64,000 nucleotides of DNA from Auanema rhodensis (taxonomy: Eukaryota > Animalia > Nematoda), in assembly GCA_964057225.1 (NCBI GenBank), contig OZ059895.1, forward strand, positions 3,286,001-3,350,000, read 5' to 3'. Position numbers and translations under genes: made by a program. The notes under the pieces were generated by a model. The model was not told the DNA's origin. It ran no database searches and saw only the letters and a program-made list of their open reading frames with translations. Shown here in pieces: positions 48,374-63,300 of the stretch; within the stretch, counting starts at the first letter, position 1; each line of letters begins with the position of its first letter.

Positions 48374-51300
48374 TTCAAAGCATCAGAACATGTGATCACA
48401 TTCCAATTTTTTTGAAATCTATCTTGTAAAGATAGTAATAAACTTTGATTTTTGTACACCCATAAATTATACGCAGCACAGGTTACCCTTAAATAATGAA
48501 CTGACCGACTAATCAGACATGGATCTTTCCTAGTTCTGTTGCTTGAATGGATGTTTTCCTACGTAGGCTAGTAAAACATGCCCTTCAAAGCATCAGAACA
48601 TGTGATCACATTCCAATTTTTTTGTATCTATCTTGTAAAGATAGTAATATATCATATGTTGAACACTATGTTGGAAAGATTTTAATTCAGATTTACGAAC
48701 TTTTATTCAGTTTGTTTTTTAAACTTTGATTAAGAACTTTGATTTTTGTACACCCATAAATTATACGCAGCACAGGTTACCCTTAAATAATGAACTGACC
48801 GACTAATCAGACATGGATCTTTCCAAGTTCTGTTGCTTGAATGGATGTTTTCCTACGTAGGCTAGTAAAACATGCCCTTCAAAGCATCAGAACATGTGAC
48901 CACATTCCAATTTTTTTGTATCTATCTTGTAAAGATAGTAATATATCATATGTTGAACACTATGTTGGAAAGATTTTAATTCAGATTTTCTAACTTTTAT
49001 TCAGTTTGTTTTTTAAACTTTGATTAAGAACTTTGATTTTTGTACACCCATAAATTATACGCAGCACAGGTTACCCTTAAATAATGAACTGACCGACTAA
49101 TCAGACATGGATCTTTCCTAGTTCTGTTGCTTGAATGGATGTTTTCCTACGTAGGCTAGTAAAACATGCCCTTCAAAGCATCAGAACATGTGATCACATT
49201 CCAATATTTTTCTATCTATCTTGTAAAGATAGTAATATATCATATGTTGAACACTATGTTGGAAAGATTTTAATTCAGATTTTTTCAACTTTCACTCAGT
49301 TTGTTTTCTAAACTTTGATTAAGAACCTTGAGTTTTGTACACCCATAAAATATACGCAGCACAGGTTACCCTTAAATAATGAACTGACTGTCTAATCAGA
49401 CATGGATCTTCCCAAGTTCTGTTGCTTGAATGGATGTTTTCCTACGTAGGCTAGTAAAACATGCCCTTCAAAGCATCAGAACATGTGATCACATTCCAAT
49501 TTTTTTGTATCTATCTTGTAAAGATAGTAATATATCATATGTTGAACACTATGTTGGAAAGATTTTAATTCAGATTTTCGAACTTTTATTCAGTTTGTTT
49601 TTTAAACTTTGATTAAGAACTTTGATTTTTGTACACCCATAAATTATACGCAGCACAGGTTACCCTTAATTAATGAACTGACCGACTAATCAGACATGGA
49701 TCTTTCCAAGTTCTGTTGCTTGAACGGATGTTTTCCTACGAAGGCTAGTAAAACATGCCCTTCAAAGCATCAGAACATGTGATCACATTCCAATATTTTT
49801 GTATCTATCTTGTAAAGATAGTAATATATCATATGTTGAACACTATGTTGGAAAGATTTTAATTCGGTATTTTTTCAACTTTCACTCAGTTTGTTTTCTT
49901 AACTTTGATTAAGAACCTTGAGTTTTGTACACCCATAAATTATACGCAGCACAGGTTACCCTTAAATAATGAACTGACCGACTAATCAGACATGGATCTT
50001 TCCTAGTTCTGTTGCTTGAATGGATGTTTTCCTACGTAGGCTAGTAAAACATGCCCTTCAAAGCATCAGAACATGTGATCACATTCCAATATTTTTGTAT
50101 CTATCTTGTAAAGATAGTAATATATCATATGTTGAACACTATGTTGGAAAGATTTTAATTCAGATTTTTTCAACTTTCACTCAGTTTGTTTTCTAAACTT
50201 TGATTAAGAACCTTGAGTTTTGTACACCCATAAATTATACGCAGCACAGGTTACCCTTAAATAATGAACTGACCGACTAATCAGACATGGATCTTTCCTA
50301 GTTCTGTTGCTTGAATGGATGTTTTCCTACGTAGGCTAGTAAAACATGCCCTTCAAAGCATCAGAACATGTGATCACATTCCAATATTTTTGTATCTATC
50401 TTGTAAAGATAGTAATATATCATATGTTGAACACTATGTTGGAAAGATTTTAATTCAGATTTTTTCAACTTTCACTCAGTTTGTTTTCTAAACTTTGATT
50501 AAGAACCTTGAGTTTTGTACACCCATAAATTATACGCAGCACAGGTTACCCTTAATTAATGAACTGACCGACTAATCAGACATGGATCTTTCCAAGTTCT
50601 GTTGCTTGAACGGATGTTTTCCTACGAAGGCTAGTAAAACATGCCCTTCAAAGCATCAGAACATGTGATCACATTCCAATATTTTTGTATCTATCTTGTA
50701 AAGATAGTAATATATCATATGTTGAACACTATGTTGGAAAGATTTTAATTCGGTTTTTTTTCAACTTTCACTCAGTTTGTTTTCTTAACTTTGATTAAGA
50801 ACCTTGAGTTTTGTACACCCATAAATTATACGCAGCACAGGTTACCCTTAAATAATGAACTGACCGACTAATCAGACATGGATCTTTCCTAGTTCTGTTG
50901 CTTGAATGGATGTTTTCCTACGTAGGCTAGTAAAACATGCCCTTCAAAGCATCAGAACATGTGATCACATTCCAATATTTTTGTATCTATCTTGTAAAGA
51001 TAGTAATATATCATATGTTGAACACTATGTTGGAAAGATTTTAATTCAGATTTTTTCAACTTTCACTCAGTTTGTTTTCTAAACTTTGATTAAGAACCTT
51101 GAGTTTTGTACACCCATAAATTATACGCAGCACAGGTTACCCTTAAATAATGAACTGACCGACTAATCAGACATGGATCTTTCCTAGTTCTGTTGCTTGA
51201 ATGGATGTTTTCCTACGTAGGCTAGTAAAACATGCCCTTCAAAGCATCAGAACATGTCATCACATTCCAATTTTTTTGTATCTATCTTGTAAAGATAGTA

Positions 51301-54300
51301 ATTATATCATATGTTGAACACTATGTTGGAAAGATTTTAATTCAGATTTTCTAACTTTTATTCAGTTTGTTTTTTAAACTTTGATTAAGAACTTTGATTT
51401 TTGTACACCCATAAATTATACGCAGCACAGGTTACCCTTGAATAATGAACTGACCGACTAATCAGACATGGATCTTTCCTAGTTCTGTTGCTTGAATGGA
51501 TGTTTTCCTACGTAGGCTAGTAAAACATGCCCTTCAAAGCATCAGAACATGTGATCACATTCCAATTTTTTTGTATCTATCTTGTAAAGATAGTAATAAA
51601 CTTTGATTTTTGTACACCCATAAATTATACGCAGCACAGGTTACCCTTAAATAATGAACTGACCGACTAATCAGACATGGATCTTTCCAAGTTCTGTTGC
51701 TTGAACGGATGTTTTCCTACGTAGGCTAGTAAAACATGCCCTTCAAAGCATCAGAACATGTGATCACATTTCAATTTTTTTGTATCTATCTTGTAAAGAT
51801 AGTAATATATCATATGTTGAACACTATGTTGGAAAGATTTTAATTCAGATTTTTTCAACTTTCACTCAGTTTGTTTTCTAAACTTTGATTAAGAACCTTG
51901 TTGTTTGTACACCCATAAAATATACGCAGCACAGGTTACCCTTAAATAATGAACTGACCGTCTAATCAGACATGGATCTTCCCAAGTTCTGTTGCTTGAA
52001 TGGATGTTTTCCTACGTAGGCTAGTAAAACATGCCCTTCAAAGCATCAGAACATGTGATCACATTCCAATTTTTTTGTATCTATCTTGTAAAGATAGTAA
52101 TATATCATATGTTGAACACTATGTTGGAAAGATTTTAATTCAGATTTTCTAACTTTTATTCAGTTTGTTTTTTAAACTTTGATTAAGAACTTTGATTTTT
52201 GTACACCCATAAATTATACGCAGCACAGGTTACCCTTAAATAATGAACTGACCGACTAATCAGACATGGATCTTTCCTAGTTCTGTTGCTTGAATGGATG
52301 TTTTCCTACGTAGGCTAGTAAAACATGCCCTTCAAAGCATCAGAACATGTGATCACATTCCAATTTTTTTGAAATCTATCTTGTAAAGATAGTAATAAAC
52401 TTTGATTTTTGTACACTCATAAATTATACGCAGCACAGGTTACCCTTAAATAATGAACTGACCGACTAATCAGACATGGATCTTTCCTAGTTCTGTTGCT
52501 TGAATGGATGTTTTCCTACGTAGGCTAGTAAAACATGCCCTTCAAAGCATCAGAACATGTGATCACATTCCAATTTTTTTGTATCTATCTTGTAAAGATA
52601 GTAATATATCATATGTTGAACACTATGTTGGAAAGATTTTAATTCAGATTTACGAACTTTTATTCAGTTTGTTTTTTAAACTTTGATTAAGAACTTTGAT
52701 TTTTGTACACCCATAAATTATACGCAGCACAGGTTACCCTTAAATAATGAACTGACCGACTAATCAGACATGGATCTTTCCAAGTTCTGTTGCTTGAATG
52801 GATGTTTTCCTACGTAGGCTAGTAAAACATGCCCTTCAAAGCATCAGAACATGTGACCACATTCCAATTTTTTTGTATCTATCTTGTAAAGATAGTAATA
52901 TATCATATGTTGAACACTATGTTGGAAAGATTTTAATTCAGATTTTCTAACTTTTATTCAGTTTGTTTTTTAAACTTTGATTAAGAACTTTGATTTTTGT
53001 ACACCCATAAATTATACGCAGCACAGGTTACCCTTAAATAATGAACTGACCGACTAATCAGACATGGATCTTTCCTAGTTCTGTTGCTTGAATGGATGTT
53101 TTCCTACGTAGGCTAGTAAAACATGCCCTTCAAAGCATCAGAACATGTGATCACATTCCAATATTTTTGTATCTATCTTGTAAAGATAGTAATATATCAT
53201 ATGTTGAACACTATGTTGGAAAGATTTTAATTCAGATTTTCTAACTTTTATTCAGTTTGTTTTTTAAACTTTGATTAAGAACTTTGATTTTTGTACACCC
53301 ATAAATTATACGCAGCACAGGTTACCCTTGAATAATGAACTGACCGACTAATCAGACATGGATCTTTCCTAGTTCTGTTGCTTGAATGGATGTTTTCCTA
53401 CGTAGGCTAGTAAAACATGCCCTTCAAAGCATCAGAACATGTGATCACATTCCAATTTTTTTGTATCTATCTTGTAAAGATAGTAATAAACTTTGATTTT
53501 TGTACACCCATAAATTATACGCAGCACAGGTTACCCTTAAATAATGAACTGACCGACTAATCAGACATGGATCTTTCCAAGTTCTGTTGCTTGAACGGAT
53601 GTTTTCCTACGTAGGCTAGTAAAACATGCCCTTCAAAGCATCAGAACATGTGATCACATTTCAATTTTTTTGTATCTATCTTGTAAAGATAGTAATATAT
53701 CATATGTTGAACACTATGTTGGAAAGATTTTAATTCAGATTTTTTCAACTTTCACTCAGTTTGTTTTCTAAACTTTGATTAAGAACCTTGTTGTTTGTAC
53801 ACCCATAAAATATACGCAGCACAGGTTACCCTTAAATAATGAACTGACCGTCTAATCAGACATGGATCTTCCCAAGTTCTGTTGCTTGAATGGATGTTTT
53901 CCTACGTAGGCTAGTAAAACATGCCCTTCAAAGCATCAGAACATGTGATCACATTCCAATTTTTTTGTATCTATCTTGTAAAGATAGTAATATATCATAT
54001 GTTGAACACTATGTTGGAAAGATTTTAATTCAGATTTTCTAACTTTTATTCAGTTTGTTTTTTAAACTTTGATTAAGAACTTTGATTTTTGTACACCCAT
54101 AAATTATACGCAGCACAGGTTACCCTTAAATAATGAACTGACCGACTAATCAGACATGGATCTTTCCTAGTTCTGTTGCTTGAATGGATGTTTTCCTACG
54201 TAGGCTAGTAAAACATGCCCTTCAAAGCATCAGAACATGTGATCACATTCCAATTTTTTTGAAATCTATCTTGTAAAGATAGTAATAAACTTTGATTTTT

Positions 54301-57300
54301 GTACACCCATAAATTATACGCAGCACAGGTTACCCTTAAATAATGAACTGACCGACTAATCAGACATGGATCTTTCCTAGTTCTGTTGCTTGAATGGATG
54401 TTTTCCTACGTAGGCTAGTAAAACATGCCCTTCAAAGCATCAGAACATGTGATCACATTCCAATTTTTTTGTATCTATCTTGTAAAGATAGTAATATATC
54501 ATATGTTGAACACTATGTTGGAAAGATTTTAATTCAGATTTACGAACTTTTATTCAGTTTGTTTTTTAAACTTTGATTAAGAACTTTGATTTTTGTACAC
54601 CCATAAATTATACGCAGCACAGGTTACCCTTAAATAATGAACTGACCGACTAATCAGACATGGATCTTTCCAAGTTCTGTTGCTTGAATGGATGTTTTCC
54701 TACGTAGGCTAGTAAAACATGCCCTTCAAAGCATCAGAACATGTGACCACATTCCAATTTTTTTGTATCTATCTTGTAAAGATAGTAATATATCATATGT
54801 TGAACACTATGTTGGAAAGATTTTAATTCAGATTTTCTAACTTTTATTCAGTTTGTTTTTTAAACTTTGATTAAGAACTTTGATTTTTGTACACCCATAA
54901 ATTATACGCAGCACAGGTTACCCTTAAATAATGAACTGACCGACTAATCAGACATGGATCTTTCCTAGTTCTGTTGCTTGAATGGATGTTTTCCTACGTA
55001 GGCTAGTAAAACATGCCCTTCAAAGCATCAGAACATGTGATCACATTCCAATATTTTTGTATCTATCTTGTAAAGATAGTAATATATCATATGTTGAACA
55101 CTATGTTGGAAAGATTTTAATTCGGTTTTTTTTCAACTTTCACTCAGTTTGTTTTCTTAACTTTGATTAAGAACTTTGATTTTTGTACACCCATAAATTA
55201 TACGCAGCACAGGTTACCCTTAAATAATGAACTGACCGACTAATCAGACATGGATCTTTCCTAGTTCTGTTGCTTGAATGGATGTTTTCCTACGTAGGCT
55301 AGTAAAACATGCCCTTCAAAGCATCAGAACATGTGATCACATTCCAATTTTTTTGTATCTATCTTGTAAAGATAGTAATAAACTTTGATTTTTGTACACC
55401 CATAAATTATACGCAGCACAGGTTACCCTTAAATAATGAACTGACCGACTAATCAGACATGGATCTTTCCAAGTTCTGTTGCTTGAACGGATGTTTTTCT
55501 ACGTAGGCTAGTAAAACATGCCCTTCAAAGCATCAGAACATGTGATCACATTTCAATTTTTTTGTATCTATCTTGTAAAGATAGTAATATATCATATGTT
55601 GAACACTATGTTGGAAAGATTTTAATTCAGATTTTTTCAACTTTCACTCAGTTTGTTTTCTAAACTTTGATTAAGAACCTTGAGTTTTGTACACCCATAA
55701 ATTATACGCAGCACAGGTTACCCTTAAATAATGAACTGACCGACTAATCAGACATGGATCTTTCCTAGTTCTGTTGCTTGAATGGATGTTTTCCTACGTA
55801 GGCTAGTAAAACATGCCCTTCAAAGCATCAGAACATGTGATCACATTCCAATATTTTTGTATCTATCTTGTAAAGATAGTAATATATCATATGTTGAACA
55901 CTATGTTGGAAAGATTTTAATTCAGATTTTTTCAACTTTCACTCAGTTTGTTTTCTAAACTTTGATTAAGAACCTTGTTGTTTGTACACCCATAAAATAT
56001 ACGCAGCACAGGTTACCCTTAAATAATGAACTGACCGTCTAATCAGACATGGATCTTCCCAAGTTCTGTTGCTTGAATGGATGTTTTCCTACGTAGGCTA
56101 GTAAAACATGCCCTTCAAAGCATCAGAACATGTGATCACATTCCAATATTTTTGTATCTATCTTGTAAAGATAGTAATATATCATATGTTGAACACTATG
56201 TTGGAAAGATTTTAATTCAGATTTTTTCAACTTTCACTCAGTTTGTTTTCTAAACTTTGATTAAGAACCTTGAGTTTTGTACACCCATAAATTATACGCA
56301 GCACAGGTTACCCTTAAATAATGAACTGACCGACTAATCAGACATGGATCTTTCCTAGTTCTGTTGCTTGAATGGATGTTTTCCTACGTAGGCTAGTAAA
56401 ACATGCCCTTCAAAGCATCAGAACATGTGATCACATTCCAATTTTTTTGTATCTATCTTGTAAAGATAGTAATTATATCATATGTTGAACACTATGTTGG
56501 AAAGATTTTAATTCAGATTTTCTAACTTTTATTCAGTTTGTTTTTTAAACTTTGATTAAGAACTTTGATTTTCGTACACCCATAAATTATACGCAGCACA
56601 GGTTACCCTTAAATAATGAACTGACCGACTAATCAGACATGGATCTTTCCTAGTTCTGTTGCTTGAATGGATGTTTTCCTACGTAGGCTAGTAAAACATG
56701 CCATTCAAAGCATCAGAACATGTGATCACATTCCAATATTTTTGTATCTATCTTGTAAAGATAGTAATATATCATATGTTGAACACTATGTTGGAAAGAT
56801 TTTAATTCAGATTTTCTAACTTTTATTCAGTTTATTTTTTAAACTTTGATTAAGAACTTTGATTTTTGTACACCCATAAATTATACGCAGCACAGGTTAC
56901 CCTTAAATAATGAACTGACCGACTAATCAGACATGGATCTTTCCTAGTTCTGTTGCTTGAATGGATGTTTTCCTACGTAGGCTAGTAAAACATGCCCTTC
57001 AAAGCATCAGAACATGTGATCACATTCCAATATTTTTGTATCTATCTTGTAAAGATAGTAATATATCATATGTTGAACACTATGTTGGAAAGATTTTAAT
57101 TCAGATTTTCTAACTTTTATTCAGTTTGTTTTTTAAACTTTGATTAAGAACTTTGATTTTTGTACACCCATAAATTATACGCAGCACAGGTTACCCTTGA
57201 ATAATGAACTGACCGACTAATCAGACATGGATCTTTCCTAGTTCTGTTGCTTGAATGGATGTTTTCCTACGTAGGCTAGTAAAACATGCCCTTCAAAGCA

Positions 57301-60300
57301 TCAGAACATGTGATCACATTCCAATTTTTTTGTATCTATCTTGTAAAGATAGTAATAAACTTTGATTTTTGTACACCCATAAATTATACGCAGCACAGGT
57401 TACCCTTAAATAATGAACTGACCGACTAATCAGACATGGATCTTTCCAAGTTCTGTTGCTTGAACGGATGTTTTCCTACGTAGGCTAGTAAAACATGCCC
57501 TTCAAAGCATCAGAACATGTGATCACATTTCAATTTTTTTGTATCTATCTTGTAAAGATAGTAATATATCATATGTTGAACACTATGTTGGAAAGATTTT
57601 AATTCAGATTTTTTCAACTTTCACTCAGTTTGTTTTCTAAACTTTGATTAAGAACCTTGTTGTTTGTACACCCATAAAATATACGCAGCACAGGTTACCC
57701 TTAAATAATGAACTGACCGTCTAATCAGACATGGATCTTCCCAAGTTCTGTTGCTTGAATGGATGTTTTCCTACGTAGGCTAGTAAAACATGCCCTTCAA
57801 AGCATCAGAACATGTGATCACATTCCAATTTTTTTGTATCTATCTTGTAAAGATAGTAATATATCATATGTTGAACACTATGTTGGAAAGATTTTAATTC
57901 AGATTTTCTAACTTTTATTCAGTTTGTTTTTTAAACTTTGATTAAGAACTTTGATTTTTGTACACCCATAAATTATACGCAGCACAGGTTACCCTTAAAT
58001 AATGAACTGACCGACTAATCAGACATGGATCTTTCCTAGTTCTGTTGCTTGAATGGATGTTTTCCTACGTAGGCTAGTAAAACATGCCCTTCAAAGCATC
58101 AGAACATGTGATCACATTCCAATTTTTTTGAAATCTATCTTGTAAAGATAGTAATAAACTTTGATTTTTGTACACCCATAAATTATACGCAGCACAGGTT
58201 ACCCTTAAATAATGAACTGACCGACTAATCAGACATGGATCTTTCCTAGTTCTGTTGCTTGAATGGATGTTTTCCTACGTAGGCTAGTAAAACATGCCCT
58301 TCAAAGCATCAGAACATGTGATCACATTCCAATTTTTTTGTATCTATCTTGTAAAGATAGTAATATATCATATGTTGAACACTATGTTGGAAAGATTTTA
58401 ATTCAGATTTACGAACTTTTATTCAGTTTGTTTTTTAAACTTTGATTAAGAACTTTGATTTTTGTACACCCATAAATTATACGCAGCACAGGTTACCCTT
58501 AAATAATGAACTGACCGACTAATCAGACATGGATCTTTCCAAGTTCTGTTGCTTGAATGGATGTTTTCCTACGTAGGCTAGTAAAACATGCCCTTCAAAG
58601 CATCAGAACATGTGACCACATTCCAATTTTTTTGTATCTATCTTGTAAAGATAGTAATATATCATATGTTGAACACTATGTTGGAAAGATTTTAATTCAG
58701 ATTTTCTAACTTTTATTCAGTTTGTTTTTTAAACTTTGATTAAGAACTTTGATTTTTGTACACCCATAAATTATACGCAGCACAGGTTACCCTTAAATAA
58801 TGAACTGACCGACTAATCAGACATGGATCTTTCCTAGTTCTGTTGCTTGAATGGATGTTTTCCTACGTAGGCTAGTAAAACATGCCCTTCAAAGCATCAG
58901 AACATGTGATCACATTCCAATATTTTTGTATCTATCTTGTAAAGATAGTAATATATCATATGTTGAACACTATGTTGGAAAGATTTTAATTCGGTTTTTT
59001 TTCAACTTTCACTCAGTTTGTTTTCTTAACTTTGATTAAGAACTTTGATTTTTGTACACCCATAAATTATACGCAGCACAGGTTACCCTTAAATAATGAA
59101 CTGACCGACTAATCAGACATGGATCTTTCCTAGTTCTGTTGCTTGAATGGATGTTTTCCTACGTAGGCTAGTAAAACATGCCCTTCAAAGCATCAGAACA
59201 TGTGATCACATTCCAATTTTTTTGTATCTATCTTGTAAAGATAGTAATAAACTTTGATTTTTGTACACCCATAAATTATACGCAGCACAGGTTACCCTTA
59301 AATAATGAACTGACCGACTAATCAGACATGGATCTTTCCAAGTTCTGTTGCTTGAACGGATGTTTTTCTACGTAGGCTAGTAAAACATGCCCTTCAAAGC
59401 ATCAGAACATGTGATCACATTTCAATTTTTTTGTATCTATCTTGTAAAGATAGTAATATATCATATGTTGAACACTATGTTGGAAAGATTTTAATTCAGA
59501 TTTTTTCAACTTTCACTCAGTTTGTTTTCTAAACTTTGATTAAGAACCTTGAGTTTTGTACACCCATAAATTATACGCAGCACAGGTTACCCTTAAATAA
59601 TGAACTGACCGACTAATCAGACATGGATCTTTCCTAGTTCTGTTGCTTGAATGGATGTTTTCCTACGTAGGCTAGTAAAACATGCCCTTCAAAGCATCAG
59701 AACATGTGATCACATTCCAATATTTTTGTATCTATCTTGTAAAGATAGTAATATATCATATGTTGAACACTATGTTGGAAAGATTTTAATTCAGATTTTT
59801 TCAACTTTCACTCAGTTTGTTTTCTAAACTTTGATTAAGAACCTTGTTGTTTGTACACCCATAAAATATACGCAGCACAGGTTACCCTTAAATAATGAAC
59901 TGACCGTCTAATCAGACATGGATCTTCCCAAGTTCTGTTGCTTGAATGGATGTTTTCCTACGTAGGCTAGTAAAACATGCCCTTCAAAGCATCAGAACAT
60001 GTGATCACATTCCAATATTTTTGTATCTATCTTGTAAAGATAGTAATATATCATATGTTGAACACTATGTTGGAAAGATTTTAATTCAGATTTTTTCAAC
60101 TTTCACTCAGTTTGTTTTCTAAACTTTGATTAAGAACCTTGAGTTTTGTACACCCATAAATTATACGCAGCACAGGTTACCCTTAAATAATGAACTGACC
60201 GACTAATCAGACATGGATCTTTCCTAGTTCTGTTGCTTGAATGGATGTTTTCCTACGTAGGCTAGTAAAACATGCCCTTCAAAGCATCAGAACATGTGAT

Positions 60301-63300
60301 CACATTCCAATTTTTTTGTATCTATCTTGTAAAGATAGTAATTATATCATATGTTGAACACTATGTTGGAAAGATTTTAATTCAGATTTTCTAACTTTTA
60401 TTCAGTTTGTTTTTTAAACTTTGATTAAGAACTTTGATTTTCGTACACCCATAAATTATACGCAGCACAGGTTACCCTTAAATAATGAACTGACCGACTA
60501 ATCAGACATGGATCTTTCCTAGTTCTGTTGCTTGAATGGATGTTTTCCTACGTAGGCTAGTAAAACATGCCATTCAAAGCATCAGAACATGTGATCACAT
60601 TCCAATATTTTTGTATCTATCTTGTAAAGATAGTAATATATCATATGTTGAACACTATGTTGGAAAGATTTTAATTCAGATTTTCTAACTTTTATTCAGT
60701 TTATTTTTTAAACTTTGATTAAGAACTTTGATTTTTGTACACCCATAAATTATACGCAGCACAGGTTACCCTTGAATAATGAACTGACCGACTAATCAGA
60801 CATGGATCTTTCCTAGTTCTGTTGCTTGAATGGATGTTTTCCTACGTAGGCTAGTAAAACATGCCCTTCAAAGCATCAGAACATGTGATCACATTCCAAT
60901 TTTTTTGTATCTATCTTGTAAAGATAGTAATAAACTTTGATTTTTGTACACCCATAAATTATACGCAGCACAGGTTACCCTTAAATAATGAACTGACCGA
61001 CTAATCAGACATGGATCTTCCCAAGTTCTGTTGCTTGAACGGATGTTTTCCTACGTAGGCTAGTAAAACATGCCCTTCAAAGCATCAGAACATGTGATCA
61101 CATTTCAATTTTTTTGTATCTATCTTGTAAAGATAGTAATATATCATATGTTGAACACTATGTTGGAAAGATTTTAATTCAGATTTTTTCAACTTTCACT
61201 CAGTTTGTTTTCTAAACTTTGATTAAGAACCTTGTTGTTTGTACACCCATAAAATATACGCAGCACAGGTTACCCTTAAATAATGAACTGACCGTCTAAT
61301 CAGACATGGATCTTCCCAAGTTCTGTTGCTTGAATGGATGTTTTCCTACGTAGGCTAGTAAAACATGCCCTTCAAAGCATCAGAACATGTGATCACATTC
61401 CAATTTTTTTGTATCTATCTTGTAAAGATAGTAATATATCATATGTTGAACACTATGTTGGAAAGATTTTAATTCAGATTTTCTAACTTTTATTCAGTTT
61501 GTTTTTTAAACTTTGATTAAGAACTTTGATTTTTGTACACCCATAAATTATACGCAGCACAGGTTACCCTTAAATAATGAACTGACCGACTAAACAGACA
61601 TGGATCTTACCTAGTTCTGTTGCTTGAATGGATGTTTTCCTACGTAGGCTAGTAAAACATGCCCTTCAAAGCATCAGAACATGTGATCACATTCCAATTT
61701 TTTTGAAATCTATCTTGTAAAGATAGTAATAAACTTTGATTTTTGTACACCCATAAATTATACGCAGCACAGGTTACCCTTAAATAATGAACTGACCGAC
61801 TAATCAGACATGGATCTTTCCTAGTTCTGTTGCTTGAATGGATGTTTTCCTACGTAGGCTAGTAAAACATGCCCTTCAAAGCATCAGAACATGTGATCAC
61901 ATTCCAATTTTTTTGTATCTATCTTGTAAAGATAGTAATATATCATATGTTGAACACTATGTTGGAAAGATTTTAATTCAGATTTACGAACTTTTATTCA
62001 GTTTGTTTTTTAAACTTTGATTAAGAACTTTGATTTTTGTACACCCATAAATTATACGCAGCACAGGTTATCCTTAAATAATGAACTGACCGACTAATAT
62101 AGTAATATATCATATGTTGAACACTATGTTGGAAAGATTTTAATTCAGATTTTCTAACTTTTATTCAGTTTGTTTTTTAAACTTTGATTAAGAACTTTGA
62201 TTTTCGTACACCCATAAATTATACGCAGCACAGGTTACCCTTAATTAATGAACTGACCGACTAATCAGACATGGATCTTTCCAAGTTCTGTTGCTTGAAC
62301 GGATGTTTTCCTACGTAGGCTAGTAATACATGCCCTTCAAAGCATCAGAACATGTGACCACATTCCAATTTTTTTGTATCTATCTTGTAAAGATAGTAAT
62401 ATATCATATGTTGAACACTATGTTGGAAAGATTTTAATTCAGATTTTTTCAACTTTCACTCAGTTTGTTTTCTAAACTTTGATTAAGAACCTTGAGTTTT
62501 GTACACCCATAAATTATACGCAGCACAGGTTACCCTTAAATAATGAACTGACCGACTAATCAGACATGGATCTTTCCAAGTTCTGTTGCTTGAATGGATG
62601 TTTTCCTACGTAGGCTAGTAAAACATGCCCTTCAAAGCATCAGAACATGTGACCACATTCCAATTTTTTTGTATCTATCTTGTAAAGATAGTAATATATC
62701 ATATGTTGAACACTATGTTGGAAAGATTTTAATTCAGATTTTCTAACTTTTATTCAGTTTGTTTTTTAAACTTTGATTAAGAACTTTGATTTTTGTACAC
62801 CCATAAATTATACGCAGCACAGGTTACCCTTAAATAATGAACTGACCGACTAATCAGACATGGATCTTTCCTAGTTCTGTTGCTTGAATGGATGTTTTCC
62901 TACGTAGGCTAGTAAAACATGCCCTTCAAAGCATCAGAACATGTGATCACATTCCAATTTTTTTGTATCTATCTTGTAAAGATAGTAATATATCATATGT
63001 TGAACACTATGTTGGAAAGATTTTAATTCAGATTTACGAACTTTTATTCAGTTTGTTTTTTAAACTTTGATTAAGAACTTTGATTTTTGTACACCCATAA
63101 ATTATACGCAGCACAGGTTACCCTTAAATAATGAACTGACCGACTAATATAGTAATATATCATATGTTGAACACTATGTTGGAAAGATTTTAATTCAGAT
63201 TTTCTAACTTTTATTCAGTTTGTTTTTTAAACTTTGATTAAGAACTTTGATTTTCGTACACCCATAAATTATACGCAGCACAGGTTACCCTTAATTAATG

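Noticed and set aside
908-63070. Dozens of 60-62 aa ORFs (MDVFLRRLVKHALQ...) as a multigene family
   Set aside because: They are translations of the satellite monomer. Most monomers carry a stop (TTCTAA), lose the ATG (ACG) or are deleted, so there is no sign of coding constraint.
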